Positions 12,181 to 28,180 of a stretch of DNA of 64,000 bases are shown piece by piece. The stretch covers positions 62,001 to 126,000 of the forward strand of contig JBODTK010000123.1 in the NCBI GenBank assembly GCA_050613775.1. Reading direction: 5' to 3'. The notes under the pieces were generated by a model, which had not been told where the DNA came from, did not search any database, and was given only the letters and a program-made list of their open reading frames with translations. The first letter of the stretch is position 1. The number at the start of each line of letters is the position of its first letter. Made by a program: the position numbers and the translations under genes. This DNA is from Neocallimastix sp. 'constans' (lineage: Eukaryota).

Positions 12181-13522
12181 TTTTGATATTACCTTTTATT
12201 ATATATATAATATTGTTGCCATATATTAATATTATAAAATAAAATAAAATTGTATTTAATTTAAAATTTATAATGTCTCATTTGTATTACCTTATTTGTA
12301 TTACCTTTTTTTTTTTATTTTTTATTTTAATTTAATTATTTATTACATAAAAAAAAAAAAAAAAACAAATTTATTTATATATAAATAATAATAATAAAAT
12401 CTTTTTAATTATTTATTCTATTTTTTATTTTTATTTTTATTTTTTTTTTTTCAATTATTAGATTAATTTCAAATATAATATTATTTTTAATTAATTATAT
12501 ATTGAAATTAATTATTTTTTTTAAAAAAAAATAATAAAATAAAATAAAAAATAAAAAAATAAAAAAAAGTGTATTATATTAAATTTATAGTAATAAAAGT
12601 GACAATTAGGATAGAGATTTCACAGAAATCTTATATTCGTATGATACTTTTTTTATATAATAATATAATAAAAATTATTTATTATAATTATATCAAATAA
12701 TTATTAGACTTTATGAACATTTTATGAATGTATAATATTTATTTTTTTAAAGATATATTTATTAAATGTATAGTATAATAAAAAGAAAAAGGTTAGTTTC
12801 ATTTTAAATATTAAATTATATAACATTTATATTATATGTATTTTTTTTTTTTTTTTATATATATATAAATAATAAAAAGGTGTAAGAATTTAAAATTTGA
12901 CAAACTATTTTTTCGAATACTGAATATAATTGTTGTTTATTATTAAATCTTCTAAGAAAACATCATAATTTATTGTAATACAAATTTATTTAAAAATCGT
13001 ATATTATATAAAAGGCTTATTAAAGTTTTTTTTTTTTTTATTCTTGTTGTAGTTGCCGAAGTTATTGTTTGTATATTATTATCAAATATTTAATTATAAA
13101 ATAATAACTTATTCTTTAAAAAAGAATTGTTTATAAAATATTTAATCAGAAAAATAAACTACTATTTTGAATAAATGATAAAGTATAAAAAATAAGAAAA
13201 ATGGAATAAATAAAAATAGCCCTTTTTTTTTTTTTTTAATTGAATTAATAAAATGTTACTTTTTATTATATAACTGTTTCAATCTGATATAAAATTTTCA
13301 ATTTATAATTTATTTTCCTTTTATCTTTTATTTTAAATAATAATAATAATAAAAACTATAAAATTGTTACTAAATAATATGTACCCTTTATAATATTAAA
13401 AATATTAAAGTAGTATATTTAAAAAATAATAAAAAAAATAAAAAGAAAAAGAAGTGAAAATATACTTTTAATTATAATTATTAATCAATATTAATAATCA
13501 TTTATAAAATGAATAACAGTTT

Positions 13523-13718
13523 TTGAAAAAATAATAATTATTCAATAACTATTATTTTAATTAATTGATATGTTATACAAAATATAATAAAGTAAAAAGC
13601 AATATATGATTAATATATTATTGAAAAAATAATAATTATTCAATAACTATTATTTTAATTAATTGATATGTTATACAAAATATAATAAAGTAAAAAGCAA
13701 TATATGATTAATATATTA
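13523..13718. repeat. Perfect 98-bp tandem duplication
   Basis: 13523-13620 is identical to 13621-13718 (TTGAAAAAATAATAATTATTCAATAAC...GCAATATATGATTAATATATTA). Confidence 0.93.
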
Positions 13719-14706
13719 TAAGTTTTTAATTGTTTAGCCTTTATCAATTGATGTTGCATAATTAAGAAGCTATGCATTATTTATTATTTATATTATTATA
13801 TGTTTACTATTATATATATTATTTATATTGTTTCTATTATTTATATTATTATATGTACTATTATTTATATAACTATTATTTATATTATTAACATATATGT
13901 ATATTTTTTTTGTTATATAAAATTTTCTATTATTCTTTTATAGTATTTGAGTTTATATGGAAAAGAAATTATTTCATATACTATAGAATCATAATATATT
14001 ATTTAGACTTTATAATATATTCATTTATATTGTGTAATATATTTAATATATTATAACAAGTATTCATATTTAATTTCTATTTAATTAATATGTTTTTCCT
14101 TTTTCATATATTTTTTTTTTGTTCAGTTGTTCAGTTGTTGTTTAGTTGTTGTTCAACTCTTTTTTTATGTTTATATATATTATATCTCATTAATTAAATA
14201 TTAGTTATTAAAGTTCTATTGGTTAATTTACTATTAAATAGAATTTTAATATAATTTTTGAATGGATAATGTATTTAAAAAAGTCATCTTATATAAAATA
14301 AGAAAATACGTATGTTGTTACATGTACAATAAAATGTACATAAAATATTCCAAGGCTTTATCAAAAAATGAGTAGAATTGATTATTTAGATAAAAAAATA
14401 TGAAAAAAAAAAGAAAATGAAAAAATAAACTAAACCTATTAATGATAAGAAAAAGAAAAATATTATATTATTGATAATAAAATAAAAAAAAAAATAAAAA
14501 AAAGGAAAAATAAGTTTCAGTATTAAATAATAATGATAATATAAATGACAAAAAAAAATTAAAAACTAAATAAATTTGTATTTAAAGCATTTAGACAATA
14601 TTTAAACCTTTCTACCTTTTTAAATATTTATTGAAAGTATTAAAAATATAATTATTTTTATTTATAAATCCTTCTTATTATTTACTAATTTATCAATAGT
14701 TCTAAT

Positions 14707-14773
<67 letters not shown>

Positions 14774-16905
14774 TTATAAATAATATAATTTAATGTTCAT
14801 ATTTAGTTTATTAAATAATAAAGTACTTTTTTATCTCGATTTATTTTTTTTTTCTTGTAATGTATTTGATAAATGTTTATTTTTAATTAAAAATATAAAA
14901 AAAAAAAAAACATTTAATAAAATTTATAATAATTTTATGTCTATAGAATGTTACACAACAAAATTATAATAAATAAAAAAATAAATATCCACTAAATAAA
15001 TAAATATACTAAATTTAATGAATGAATATTAAATATATATATAAATATATATATTAAATTTAATGGATGAATATTAAATAAATAAATAAATAATGATGAT
15101 TATAGATTAATATAAATATTAAATAATCATTGTAACACGTGATAAATACTAATTTATATCCATAGAGATGAATTATAATTAAAATAAATGTATTATAATC
15201 ATTTAATCAATGGATAATGGATCATCCTATCAATTTATATTAATTGATAAGTATCTAAATTAAATATATTAAAGTTTATTTTGTGTAACTGTCTTATGGA
15301 GTTATTTTTTTTTTTAAATATTAAGATATTAAAAATTAAAAATAGTTTTGTTTGGTTGTTATTTATTTATTTATTTATTTATTTTTTAATTTATTTATTT
15401 ATTTTGAATTATGAAGAATTAAAAATAACTTTGTTAAATTATTAATTTACAAGCCATATTATATTAGGATAATAAAAATTAAAATTATTTAGTATATTGA
15501 ATTATAATGTACCCAGAATTTTATTTATAAAGTTTTTTGTTATTCATTAAAATAGATTAAATACAAAATATATAAAATAAAAAAAAAATAAAAAAAAAAA
15601 AAAAAAATAAGATAATTTTTTAATTTATAATAAATGCTATTATTATTATTATTATTATTTATAGAATATAAATAATAAATATTAAACTATTATTTTATAA
15701 TAAAAATGAAAAAGAATTAAGGACCTCTTTATTCTTTATAATTAATAGTTTTAGAATTTTTTGTTGAAATTCCACTAATCTTATAATAGTTTAAATACCA
15801 TTTTTTACTTGTTATAATTATTTATTATTTTTTTATTCTATACCAATCATTATAATTATTATAATAATATTTATTAATCTTTAAATTTAATTTACTTCCC
15901 AATGAATATTCAATATTTAAGTCTTCATTATTATTTTCATCGGATGATTACTTTTTTTCTACTGAACTATATATTTATATATATTTGTTGAATGTTAAGA
16001 ATAATTTTTAATTATTTTGTAATTTAGTTTAAAAAACTATTAATGATTAATAATATATTGTCCTATATTTCCTCCATAAAGAACAACATAAAAACTTTAA
16101 ACAAACTTTATATTTATTTTTATACTATTAATAAAAATAAAAATAGAGAAAAAACTAATAGAAATAGTTTTATGAATTTAAAAAAAAAAAAAAATCATAT
16201 ATATATTATATATTCTATATTATAACAATAATAATTAATAATAATTAATAATAATGATAATAATAAAGAATTAAATAATTAATTAATAATAATCATCAAA
16301 AAAAATTAATTGTTAAAAATGCAATGTAAATATATATATATATATTTTTTTTATTATTATAATATTTTAATTATAAAAAAAAAGGTGACTTATAAATATA
16401 AATGATTTAAATACATATAAACTTTAGTAAATTAGAAAAATTGAACATTAATATATAGATTTAAAATATTAAATTATGATGAATAATTATGCATATCAAT
16501 TCATAATAATATATACCAATGAAAAAAAATTAAAATAAAACAATAATAATAATAATAATAATAATACTATTCTATGGTAATATCTATATTATTTGAAAAG
16601 AATATATAATGTTAATATATATAAGTAGAGAAGAAAAGTTTTATATATGTATATTATTTATATTATAATAATAATAATTAATTTTTTTTTTTTTTAAAAA
16701 ATTAAAATCATTTTTTATTAACATATATATTAAAATAATAAAAATTATAAATATAGATTTATAAAAAAAAAGGAAAAGATCCGTTTATAAAATAATCTAA
16801 TATAGAAGGAGTTAACATTTATTTATTTAGATGGGGTTAAAAATTTTTAAAATTAATCTCACCTCGCAGTACTTAAAGAATTATTTATTTCAATAATAAT
16901 TACTT

Positions 16906-17172
16906 CAATTTTATTATGAAATATTATATTTCTTTTATTGAAAATTATTTTTATATTAACAATTTTATTATGAAATATTATATTTCTTTTATTGAAAATT
17001 ATTTTTATATTAACAATTTTATTATGAAATATTATATTTCTTTTATTGAAAATTATTTTTATATTAACAATTTTATTATGAAATATTATATTTCTTTTAT
17101 TGAAAATTATTTTTATATTAACAATTTTATTATGAAATATTATATTTCTTTTATTGAAAATTATTTTTATAT
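16906..17172. repeat. 54-bp tandem repeat, ~5 identical copies
   Basis: Unit CAATTTTATTATGAAATATTATATTTCTTTTATTGAAAATTATTTTTATATTAA; it explains the spurious ORF 16916-17239. Confidence 0.93.
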
Positions 17173-18344
17173 CTACAAGTATTCAATAATATTATTAATT
17201 ATTATTTTATTACTTTATTATTATTTTATTATTTTATAATTATTATTTTATTTATTAATTATTATTTTATTATTTTATTATAATTATTTTATTTATTAAT
17301 TATTATTTTATTATTTTATTATAATTATTATTATATTATTATAATTATTATTATATTATTATAATTATTATTTTTATTTTTTATATTTTATATTCATGAT
17401 TTTTTTTATTAGTTTATATTTATTGCTTATTCCTTTTATATTTATGATTTTATGATTGTATTATTATTTTATATTATTATTTTATTATTAGATAAATTAA
17501 AGTTTTACCAATAATATTATTGAAAATAGGTTAAATCATTAGTTGTTAATGGTTGATGAATGGATTAAAAAATTTCTATAAATTTTTTTTTATCTTTTAA
17601 ATATTATTAACAATATATATTAATATAATTTAAATTCATTACTGATAACAAAAAAAAAATTATTTCCAATTTATATAGCCATTATTAATTATTAATTATT
17701 AATTATTATTTATTAATTATTATTCCATTATTTATTATTTACTATTTATTATTCCATTATTTATTATTTATTATTAAATTATTTAATATTTATTATTCAT
17801 TATGATGTATATTTATTATTTTTATATTTTTATTATTATTATAGTTACACAAAAATTTAATTATAATAAAGATTTGTCATTTCTAATTTTGGTAATTCAT
17901 GATTTAGTAAATAAATATGTAAATAAATATATATTTAAATAAATAATATATAAATATAAGTGAATAATATTAATTTAAATATATTTTTACTTTCTTACCA
18001 TGTATTATTGGCATGAAATGAAAATTAATTCAAATTCTGGTATAAAAATTTATTATAACAGGTTGGGTTTGTCCTATTTTTATATTTTATTATATATATA
18101 TATTTTTTTAATAAAAAATTGAATAAATAGCCTTTTCAATTTGTATTTAATTAAGTTTTATTACTTCATACTATCATATTTAATCTTAACAAATTTAATA
18201 TATTAAAACTTTATAATATTATATATTAATATTAAAGTTTTAAAAAAAAAAAAAAAATTTCTTTTCCCATTTTTTTTTTAAAAAAAAAAATAAAAATATA
18301 AAATATAAAAAAATATAATAATTATAAATTGATGTAATTAGCTA

Positions 18345-18389
<45 letters not shown>

Positions 18390-19894
18390 AAATAGAAATA
18401 AGAAAAAAGGAAATAATTTAATATAAAAATATTTTTTAATAAAATCATAATTTATAATAAAAAAGTGACAAAATTGATAAAGTAAATTTATTTTTCAATT
18501 TCTTTTAATATATATACATATAACTTTTTCTGAGCCCAAAATCTTTTTTTTTTTTTTTTTTTTTTATTTTATTTTATTTTTAATAAAAATTCAAAAATTT
18601 ATTTAATAAAATTATTATTAACAAATATAAATATTATTATATACTATCATTTATATATTTATCAAATTTAATAAATAAATAAATAAATAAGTAACAAGGG
18701 AAATCAAAAATTTCTATTTTATAATTGATAAATTATTTATAAATTATAAAAAAAAAAAAATATTATTTATTATTAATAATAATATATATTCAGTAATCAT
18801 TTACATATAGAAAAACTGACAATTCACATCAAGTAATTATCAAATTAATATATATTAATAAATTCTTATATAAAGAAGTATTTTCATTACTTATATCTAT
18901 ATATACATTTTGTAGTATATGTTTTTTTTTTTTTTATTTTTTATATATAAATATATTATAAATAATACCCATAGAAATAAATCTTCGATATACTTCACTA
19001 TCTAATTGATTTGATTCTATTATTATAATTATTATTATTTTTTTTTTTTTTTTTTTTTTTTTTTTGCCAAAATAACAACAAAAAGAAATAAAAATAATAA
19101 CACACATATACTAGGTATTTTAATATTTATTATTCATAATATTTTTTTATTAAATGTAATAATGATAATTCAAATTATAAATAAAATCTAATTCATAAAT
19201 AATATTTTAAAGTTTTTTCTCATATTTAAAATCAACTTAATAAATTTTATTAATCACTTATCTATGTTTAATATAATACTAATTTTTTCTGATAATCTAA
19301 ATATAAATTTTGATTTTGAATTATATCATTAATATCAAATTATTAAAAATTTCAAAAAAAAAAAAAATAAATTAAAAAGTGGTAATAATATCCAAGTAAA
19401 TAAAAATTTTATTTTCCCTTATAAATATATATTTATTTATATAATAATAAACATTTACTTTTCAAAGATATTACTATTCTATTTGTTATATATATATATA
19501 TATATATAAAATTCCATTACCAAAAAAAAAAAAAAAAAAAAAAAAAAAACAATAAATCTTGAAATCAAACCATATATAGATAATTATAAAAATATAATTT
19601 TTAAAGTAAAATTAATTATATAAATATATTTATTATTATTAATTAAATCATAATAAAACTAAAATTAAATTTGTTTTTGATTCTTATATAATAATGTTAT
19701 ATAAATAAATAAAAAAAAAATAATTTTCATTTTTCAATATTCAGCAATCTTTTAAACAGTATTGATAAAAAGAATAATCCTTTTTAAAAATAAAAATTAT
19801 TAAATTGCTCATATTTACTTGATAATAAATAAAAGCAAATATAAATTTATATAAATTAACTAAAATAGATATATCAAAAATAGTATAATAAAAT

Positions 19895-22800
19895 ATGAAT
19901 TCAGAAGTCCATGAATTAACCACATTTGAACTTGATTCTGCTGAACAGAAAAAAAGTGGTTTATTTTCTAAATTCTTTCAAAGATTTAGAACCTCCATAT
20001 CTGCTCAGCCAGAATCACCTGTAAGTTCTGGTGTATCTTCTCCAAAAACTTCTGGGCAAGACCAATATATGACCTTTCAAGAATATACAGCGGCACGAGA
20101 TGAGGATCAGGGCTTATACTCACGAAGTTTAAATCGTAATCGAAGAAATAGTACAAGTAATAATAGTCAGGTATATTCACCATATATTATGGCTAAAAAT
20201 AGTGCATATCTTTCTAGTAATGGTAATTTAAACTTAAGTGGAAGTTATAATAATGGAAGAGCTTCCTTAAATCGTTACAATACCAATGTCAATACCAATA
20301 ATAATAGTAATAATAACAATAATAATGGTAGTAATAATAATCCTAATTATACCCAAAATGTTATTGCTACTTCAACCATTATTAATGGTAATCCAAATGC
20401 GCCAGATTCAAGTACAGTAACACCTACACTGACGAATAATGATCCTGAAACACCAATATTAAACCCAAGTGGTATGAATCGTAGACCTTCGGTAAGTAGT
20501 ATAGCTAGTGTAAATACGGAATCTAGTGCTATTGTTCCTACATGGAATGCTAATAATAATAATCACTCCATTAATAATTTACGTTCAACATCAAATACAA
20601 ATGCTAAAAGTAGAATTTTAAATCATGTTCCTCATTTTTCGACTTCAGTTTTCCATTCAAATTCTAATAATCCTAATGTCTCAACAGTTAATAACTCTGA
20701 AAATAATAATTACCCACCTTCAAATAATAATATTCCAACAACACCAACCGACATGTATTCTTCCCCAAATACAACTACAGCAGGCTCTAACCCTGTTTAT
20801 TTTGCTAGTAATATAAGAAATTTCCCGACTAAAAACTATGCCAATATCAATGCTCAGAAAGTTAATAATACCAATGCCATTCCAACACATCGTCGTATTT
20901 CATCTTTAACTAGTAGTAAAATGAATGGTAATATGGTCAGTTCATTTTCAAATTCCTCTATTTCTTCTAACGCTACCCGATACTCTAACGTTAATGGTAA
21001 TTACGCCAATAGCATTAATAGTAATACTAATAGTAATACTACTATAAATCCGGGAAGTTATACTAGTTCCAATATTCGAATAAAATCCAATAATGGAGGT
21101 ACGGTGGTGGTTCATCGTCGAAAGAGTAGTGTTAAATCTTCTGATATTACTTTGGCAGAATCTCTGGCCATGGCAGGACCTACAACAATTAGTACTTCCT
21201 TTAGAAATCAGCGTAGTTATGGTGCTCTCAGTCATCCTTCTCAAAATTATAATTCCAATGGTAATGGTGGTGGTGGACCGGGTGGTGAAGAGTCATTAAG
21301 ACGTTCCAATAGTCGATCCTCATTTGATAGTGTTACCAGTCAAAATAGTAATCCTGACAAGACACAACGAAGTATGAAGTTAATTAGTATGCTCAAAAAT
21401 GGTGAATCAAAACAGTATTGGATGCAGGATGAAAATTGTAAACAGTGCTATGAATGTAAAACCAATTTTAATACGTTTCGTCGTAAACATCATTGTCGTA
21501 TTTGTGGTCAAATTTTTTGTTATAAATGTGCTTCTGCAACAATTTCAGGGGAAAAGTTTGGCTATTCAGGTACATTGAGAGTATGTAACTATTGCCTAAA
21601 ATTGACACAAAACTATCGTAATGAACAAAACCATTCACATGAAAGCTATCCAACAAGTGCCACTTTAGCCTCTTCCATGACCTATCAAATGCCTAAAACT
21701 CCAGTTCATGTATCCTCTAATATGAATATCAATAATTCAAATAGTAATAGTCACTCAGGTCATCCTAATACAAATACTAATACTAATACTAATACTAATG
21801 CTAATACAAATACAAATACTAATACTAATACTAATACTAATACTACTGGTGTAGATGGCTCTTGGTCCTCCAAGTATATGTCAATTTCTCCTGATCAATC
21901 CTATTTGGATCAATTGAAACGTAAAGGTGGTAATTCAATACCACCATACCAACATCAGTTGATTCGTTCTAAATCAAGTTTAGCTGCTATTGAAGATATG
22001 GATTCTTCTATTTTAAATACTGCACCATTCATCAATAAAAATGAAGGAAAATCATTAAATGGAAGTAATGATACACTCGATCAAGATATTGTTCCTTACA
22101 TCACTGATGAAAATGGAGATGTGGTAATTGCTGCAGATGAAGAAATGGGTGAAGTATTGGATGAAGAATGGATTCATAGTCCAATTCTTAGTTATATTTC
22201 AAGTTCTATGATAGCTAGTAATAATAAACTCAATAATACCATCGTAGATGATGCCATCAGTAATCCAGGAACCCCACTTCCTACCGAATACTATAGTAGT
22301 GATGAGGAAGATTCAGATTTAGTTAGTGTAAAATCTTTAACCAATTTAAATAAAATACCAAATCCTAATAAATCTAGAGATGATCTTCACGTTACCTTTT
22401 TGAAAAATCAAAAAAGAAAGCGTGCAAATTCAAAACTTACTAATCGTGTCCCAAAGTTTACTACAACTATTGCTGCTAATGGTTCCACAGATGATCTTAC
22501 AAAAACTATCATTAAACCAATAAATAATATTTCTTATATTCTACCTATAGAAGATATGAATTCTGATGATTCTCTAATTATGAATATACCACCATCAGAT
22601 TCACTTTTCAATAAAACCAATAAATCCCCACTATTATTAAATTCCTCCACAAATGATCTTTTCATCAGTAGTAATAACATTAATAACAATAATAATACAA
22701 CTCATTTACAAAATGAAACCTTTGTTTTACCTTTAAATATCGAATTAAATACAGAATCCTATTTCCATATGGTATAAATCCATTTTTTTTTTTTTTTTTT

Positions 22801-24272
22801 TTTATTTTTAATATTATTGTTATTATCATTTTAATCAATTTTTTTACACATAATCAAAATAATACTTTTTAATATATCTATTATCAATAAATAATTAACT
22901 AATTCATTTTATTCTCCAATTATGATATATATATCTATATTCAATTCAATAATATCTAAATATTTATTTTATATTTATTATTTTTTTAATTATTTATTTA
23001 TTTTATATATATTTATTTTATATTTATTATTTATTTATTTATTTATTTTATATATATTTATTTTATATTTATTATTTATATATTTATTTATTTTATATTT
23101 TATATATATTTATATTTGTTTATTATTTATTTATTTATTTTTATTTATTATATTTATTTTTAATTCTTATATTTATTTTTCTATTTTCTAATTATTTATT
23201 TTTCATTTTCTTTTATATTACTTTTTTATTTTTTTTATTTTTTTTTTTTTTATTTTTTTTTAATTATTATTATTATAGAAATATTTATTATATCAAATTC
23301 TTTATGAAAATAATAGTGATTTAAATCAAGGTTGGGAAGAAATTTTATCACATATGTTACTTAAAGTATGTGATAATGTTAGACCAAATATAAATCGTGG
23401 AGATGATATTGATATAAGAAAATATATCAAAATTAAAAAGATTCCAGGAGGTTTACCAAGTGATAGTCATTATGTTCAAGGTATTGTTTGTTCAAAGAAT
23501 GTAGCTCATAAAAAAATGGTAAGAACTATAAGAAATCCTAGAATATTACTTCTTTCTTTTTCTTTAGAATATCAAAGAGTAGAAAATCAATTCATGTCCT
23601 TAGAGCCAGTCTTATCTCAAGAAAGAGAACATTTAAGAATTTTAATATCTCGTATTAAAGATCTTAATCCTGATGTTGTCTTGGTCGAAAAAATTATTTC
23701 ACGTATTGCTTTAGAATACTTATTAGAAGCAAATATTGTCGCTGTTTATAATGTCAAACCTAGTGTCATGAAATATATTGCTCGTTATACCCAGGCAGAT
23801 ATATTAAATTCTATCGATAAATTAGTATTAGAACCAAAGCTTGGTACTTGTGGTGTATTTTCTGTGAAAACCTTCCTTAATGATCTTATTCCTCAAAAGA
23901 AAAAGACCTTCCTTTTCTTTGATGGCTGTCCAAGGGACTTGGGCGGTACCATCATTTTACGCGGTGGAGATATGGAAACTTTAAAAAAAATAAAAATGAT
24001 TACTAAGTTTATGGCATTTGTTGTCTATAATTTAAAGTTAGAAACCTATCTCATGCGTGATGAATTTGCTTTAAGTCAAGATAAAATGGACAGTTCATGC
24101 TATAAATTCATTAAAAAGGTAATCACTGATAAATATGCTAATATTAATACGGAAAGTGAATTGGATGAACATTTCTCATCACTCAATAATAATTTAAGTG
24201 AAATAGATAACTTTAGTAATATGGAAAATAATACTAGTGAAGTGATAGAAACTAATCAAACAAAAACTGGTA

Positions 24273-24332
<60 letters not shown>

Positions 24333-27300
24333 AATATATTAATAAAGAATAAAGAATAATAGTAAAAAATAAATAAATAAAAATACATGAAATATTATGA
24401 AATAAAATGATTTTGTTTTACCTATATATATATATATATATATAAATTTTTTATTAATTTATTTTATTTTAATTTTTTTTTTTTTTTTTTTTTTAGAAGA
24501 TGAAAGTGAATCTATTGAACCATCCCTATCAGATATAGAGGATCATGATAATGAAAATAATGAAGGTCAATATACTCAATTGTATAAAATATTTTCAACT
24601 CGTATATTATCATGTTCACCTCATGTTACTTTCCCAGCACCTTATTTAATTACTAAAAAAATGAAAGAAGAAGTGAATTATTTCAATGAATTAAGAAAGC
24701 AACATGGTAAAGTTTTAGTAGATTCCAATTCTATTTTATCAAATAATGTATCACCAATTCCAATGGCAAAGGAGGAGATTAGTAATGATGAAATTTTTAT
24801 TACTAATAATTATATAAATAAGTTTAAAAATACAGATTTAATGAGTCCATTTGGTCAATTAAGTATTTCTTATTTATATCGATCCATGAGTAATGAATCC
24901 TCTGTTCCTTGTGAAAGCATTAAAGTAGTGAAAAGAACTTATTACAGTACATCAGATCAAACATTAGGTCAATACTTGGAAGGTTTATGTAAACATGCTG
25001 ATGATACCTGTTCAGTTTGTTTAAAGCCATTATCTCAACATACACGTACTTTCATTCATGGTAATGGAAAGGTCACTGTAGCCATGGAAGAAATGAATTG
25101 TCCTGTAGAAGGTATGGAAAATATCATTATTATGTGGAGTCTCTGTAAAATATGTAATCAAGTTACTCCATTTTTCCCAATGTCTGAAGAAACTTGGATG
25201 TTTTCCTTTGGTAAATACTTAGAATTAGCTTTCTATCATTCCTCTATGTCTTGTCGTGCCAATATTTGTTCTCATAATATTGTTAAAAATCATATTCGAT
25301 TCTTTGGCTATCATAACAAAGTCATAAAGATTGAGTATAATCCAATTGAATTATTTGAAGTATCGTTACCCTCGATAAGGCTAAAATACCGTCCGGAAGC
25401 TAATCTAAAGAATAAACAAAATGATGTCATTACCATAAAACAATATATTACCAAGTATTATAATTCGGTCTCTGAACGTATTAAAAATATTTATTTAAAG
25501 TATGTTCCTTCTTCAAAATTCCAGGAGGCTAAGGAAGAAATTGCTGGTATGAATCGTCGTGTGGTTGTAGAGAAAGCTCAAATGTTGGAACTTTTACAGC
25601 ATACTTCTTTTGCTAGTAGTCCTTCGGATGTTCTTTCCTTGAATAATGTAATTCATGTATTACAAGAAAAAATTAGTGAATATGATAACGATTTTGATAC
25701 CTTTTCCCAAAAATATTTCCAATTAGATAGAGAATTCAAGCGTATCCAATTAAAGCATGCCTTTGCAACCAAAAATGACTATTTAACCGTAATAAATGAT
25801 GATTCCTCGGAAAATATGATTAAACAAAGTAAAAATGAAATTTCAATCATTGAATTTCCAGAATTAGGTTGTTCCCCATCAAAATCTTTACCTCTTCAAT
25901 TAAAGAATGAACAGGATAAAGAGAGGATAAATTCTTCAAAAGATCAAGACACTTTAAGTAAAAATGAAAATATATTGGAAAATAAAAATAAAAATAAAAA
26001 TGAAAATGAAAATGAAAATGAAAATGAAAATGAAAATGACCATATACTTGAAAATAAAAATGAAAATAAAAATAAGAACGAAAATGATAAAAATGGCAAT
26101 AGAAATGATAAAGTAAATAGTGATGAAAATGAAAATAATAATGACAAGTTAAAATCAAAATTAGATATTGATATATTTAGTGATAATAATGGTGAAGATG
26201 ATGATGCTGATGAAAGTGAAGATGCTGATGAAGAAGATGAAGATGCTGATGAAGAAGATGTTGATGAAGAAGAAGAAGAAGAAGAAGGTGAAGGTGAAGG
26301 TGAAGAAGAAAAGGAAACTAATAAATATCGTAAAAGGAGATATATTAAAAATTTAATTCCTAATAGATTTAAAATCAATAGAAAGAAAAAAATGGTTACT
26401 TCCAATCGTTATAATCAAGATTATTATTCTGCTCAAGGACCAATTCATCTAATGGAAAATTCATTCTCACCAGTTAAATATGGTTATTACTTTAACGACA
26501 ATAACAATAACAATAACAATAATACCAAAAATAAAACAAATCATCCACAAGTTTATGGCTCACCGGATGAACCAAACTATTTATTTATGAATGTTATTAA
26601 TGATGATGAAGATAATGATGAGGAAGAAATTGCACCAGTAGAGATTGATAAGAATTTATTAAAATTTAATGATGATGAAAATGTATCCTTAAAGGTAGCA
26701 ACCACTTACGGTTCTTATCATCAAGTCATCGATGGTACTCACATTATTATCGATGGCATTGATAATCGTCATCCTTCCTTAGGCGAAGCCTCAAATGAAA
26801 ATAATATTATCGTTGATAAAAAGAATAGTATAAATGAGTCCCCGGTTTTATTAATCACATCTCCACAACGATTAAAGAATGATACAACTATGGATACTTC
26901 CTCAGTCTATAGTAAAAATACCCTTATAGAAAGTGATGCCAAGGGTAATGATACCAAATCTCAAGTAGAGGAAGATGGAGAACAAAATAGTCCTTTATTA
27001 GAATTAGAATATATTGATTCTTTATTAGTTACTGAAAATGCGGATTCTACTTCTGTTATTTCAGAAGTTAAGCATTCCATCCCTAATCCAAATGGTTCTA
27101 GTAATGGTGGAATTAATAGTAGTAGTGCTAGTGTAATTGTTGGTGGCGTTGAAAAATTCTTTGGTCAAGGTCGTTCCAATTCACTTCACAGACTTAAGCG
27201 TACTCGAAGTGATAATTTAAAGGAAACAAAATCCCTTAATAATAGAATCAACTTTGATAAATTGGAAAGAGAAAAGCATGAAAAAGGTGATAATAATAAT

Positions 27301-27856
27301 GAAGAAAATATCTTTTCACCTTTATCTCTCAATGAAAAAAATAAAGAAAAGGAAAAGGAAAAGGAAAAGGAAAAAGAAAATAATATAGTTCTTTCCTCTT
27401 TAGAATATGATACTCCTTTAGAAATTACAGATGTTATTAATGTTACCCCATTAACTTTTTATAATAATGAAAGTGATAATGAATCCGATACAGAAATTGA
27501 AAAAATGTCTATCATGAAAACTTTATCCCATCTTTGGACAAATTCTTCCCATTTTACACCTTTAGAATATCCATTCCCTCTTGATCAACATATCATTAGA
27601 GGTTCTTTAGTCATAGTTCATGAAGATGAACCAAGTTCTATTATTGCCTTTACTCTCAGCTCCAGTGAATATCGTAGTAGTCTTCAACAGCAACAACAAC
27701 AGCAACAGCAACAACAACAACTTCAAAAACGTCATAGTAATTCAATTCATAATGGTACCCATAATGGCTCTATTATTAATGCTCTTACATCTTATGCTAC
27801 GGCAAATTCATTATTAAATGATCAAGAATCAGCAAATACCATTACTAATAATGATC

Positions 27857-27906
<50 letters not shown>

Positions 27907-28095
27907 GTTTCTTCCGTAACAACTCGTGGTATTGAATCTTTGGCCAATGCTTCCTCTACTCCTCCTAAAACCATTACTAATGAAAATAATATCGTAGAGG
28001 AAGAAAATAATACAAATAATAACAATAATAATACTATCAATCATAATAACAATAATAATAATAACAATAATAATAATAACAATAATAATAATAAC

Positions 28096-28180
<85 letters not shown>

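Noticed and set aside
16916..17239. Repeat protein (MKYYISFIENYFYINNFI)x5
   Set aside because: A by-product of a 54-bp tandem repeat with intergenic base composition.
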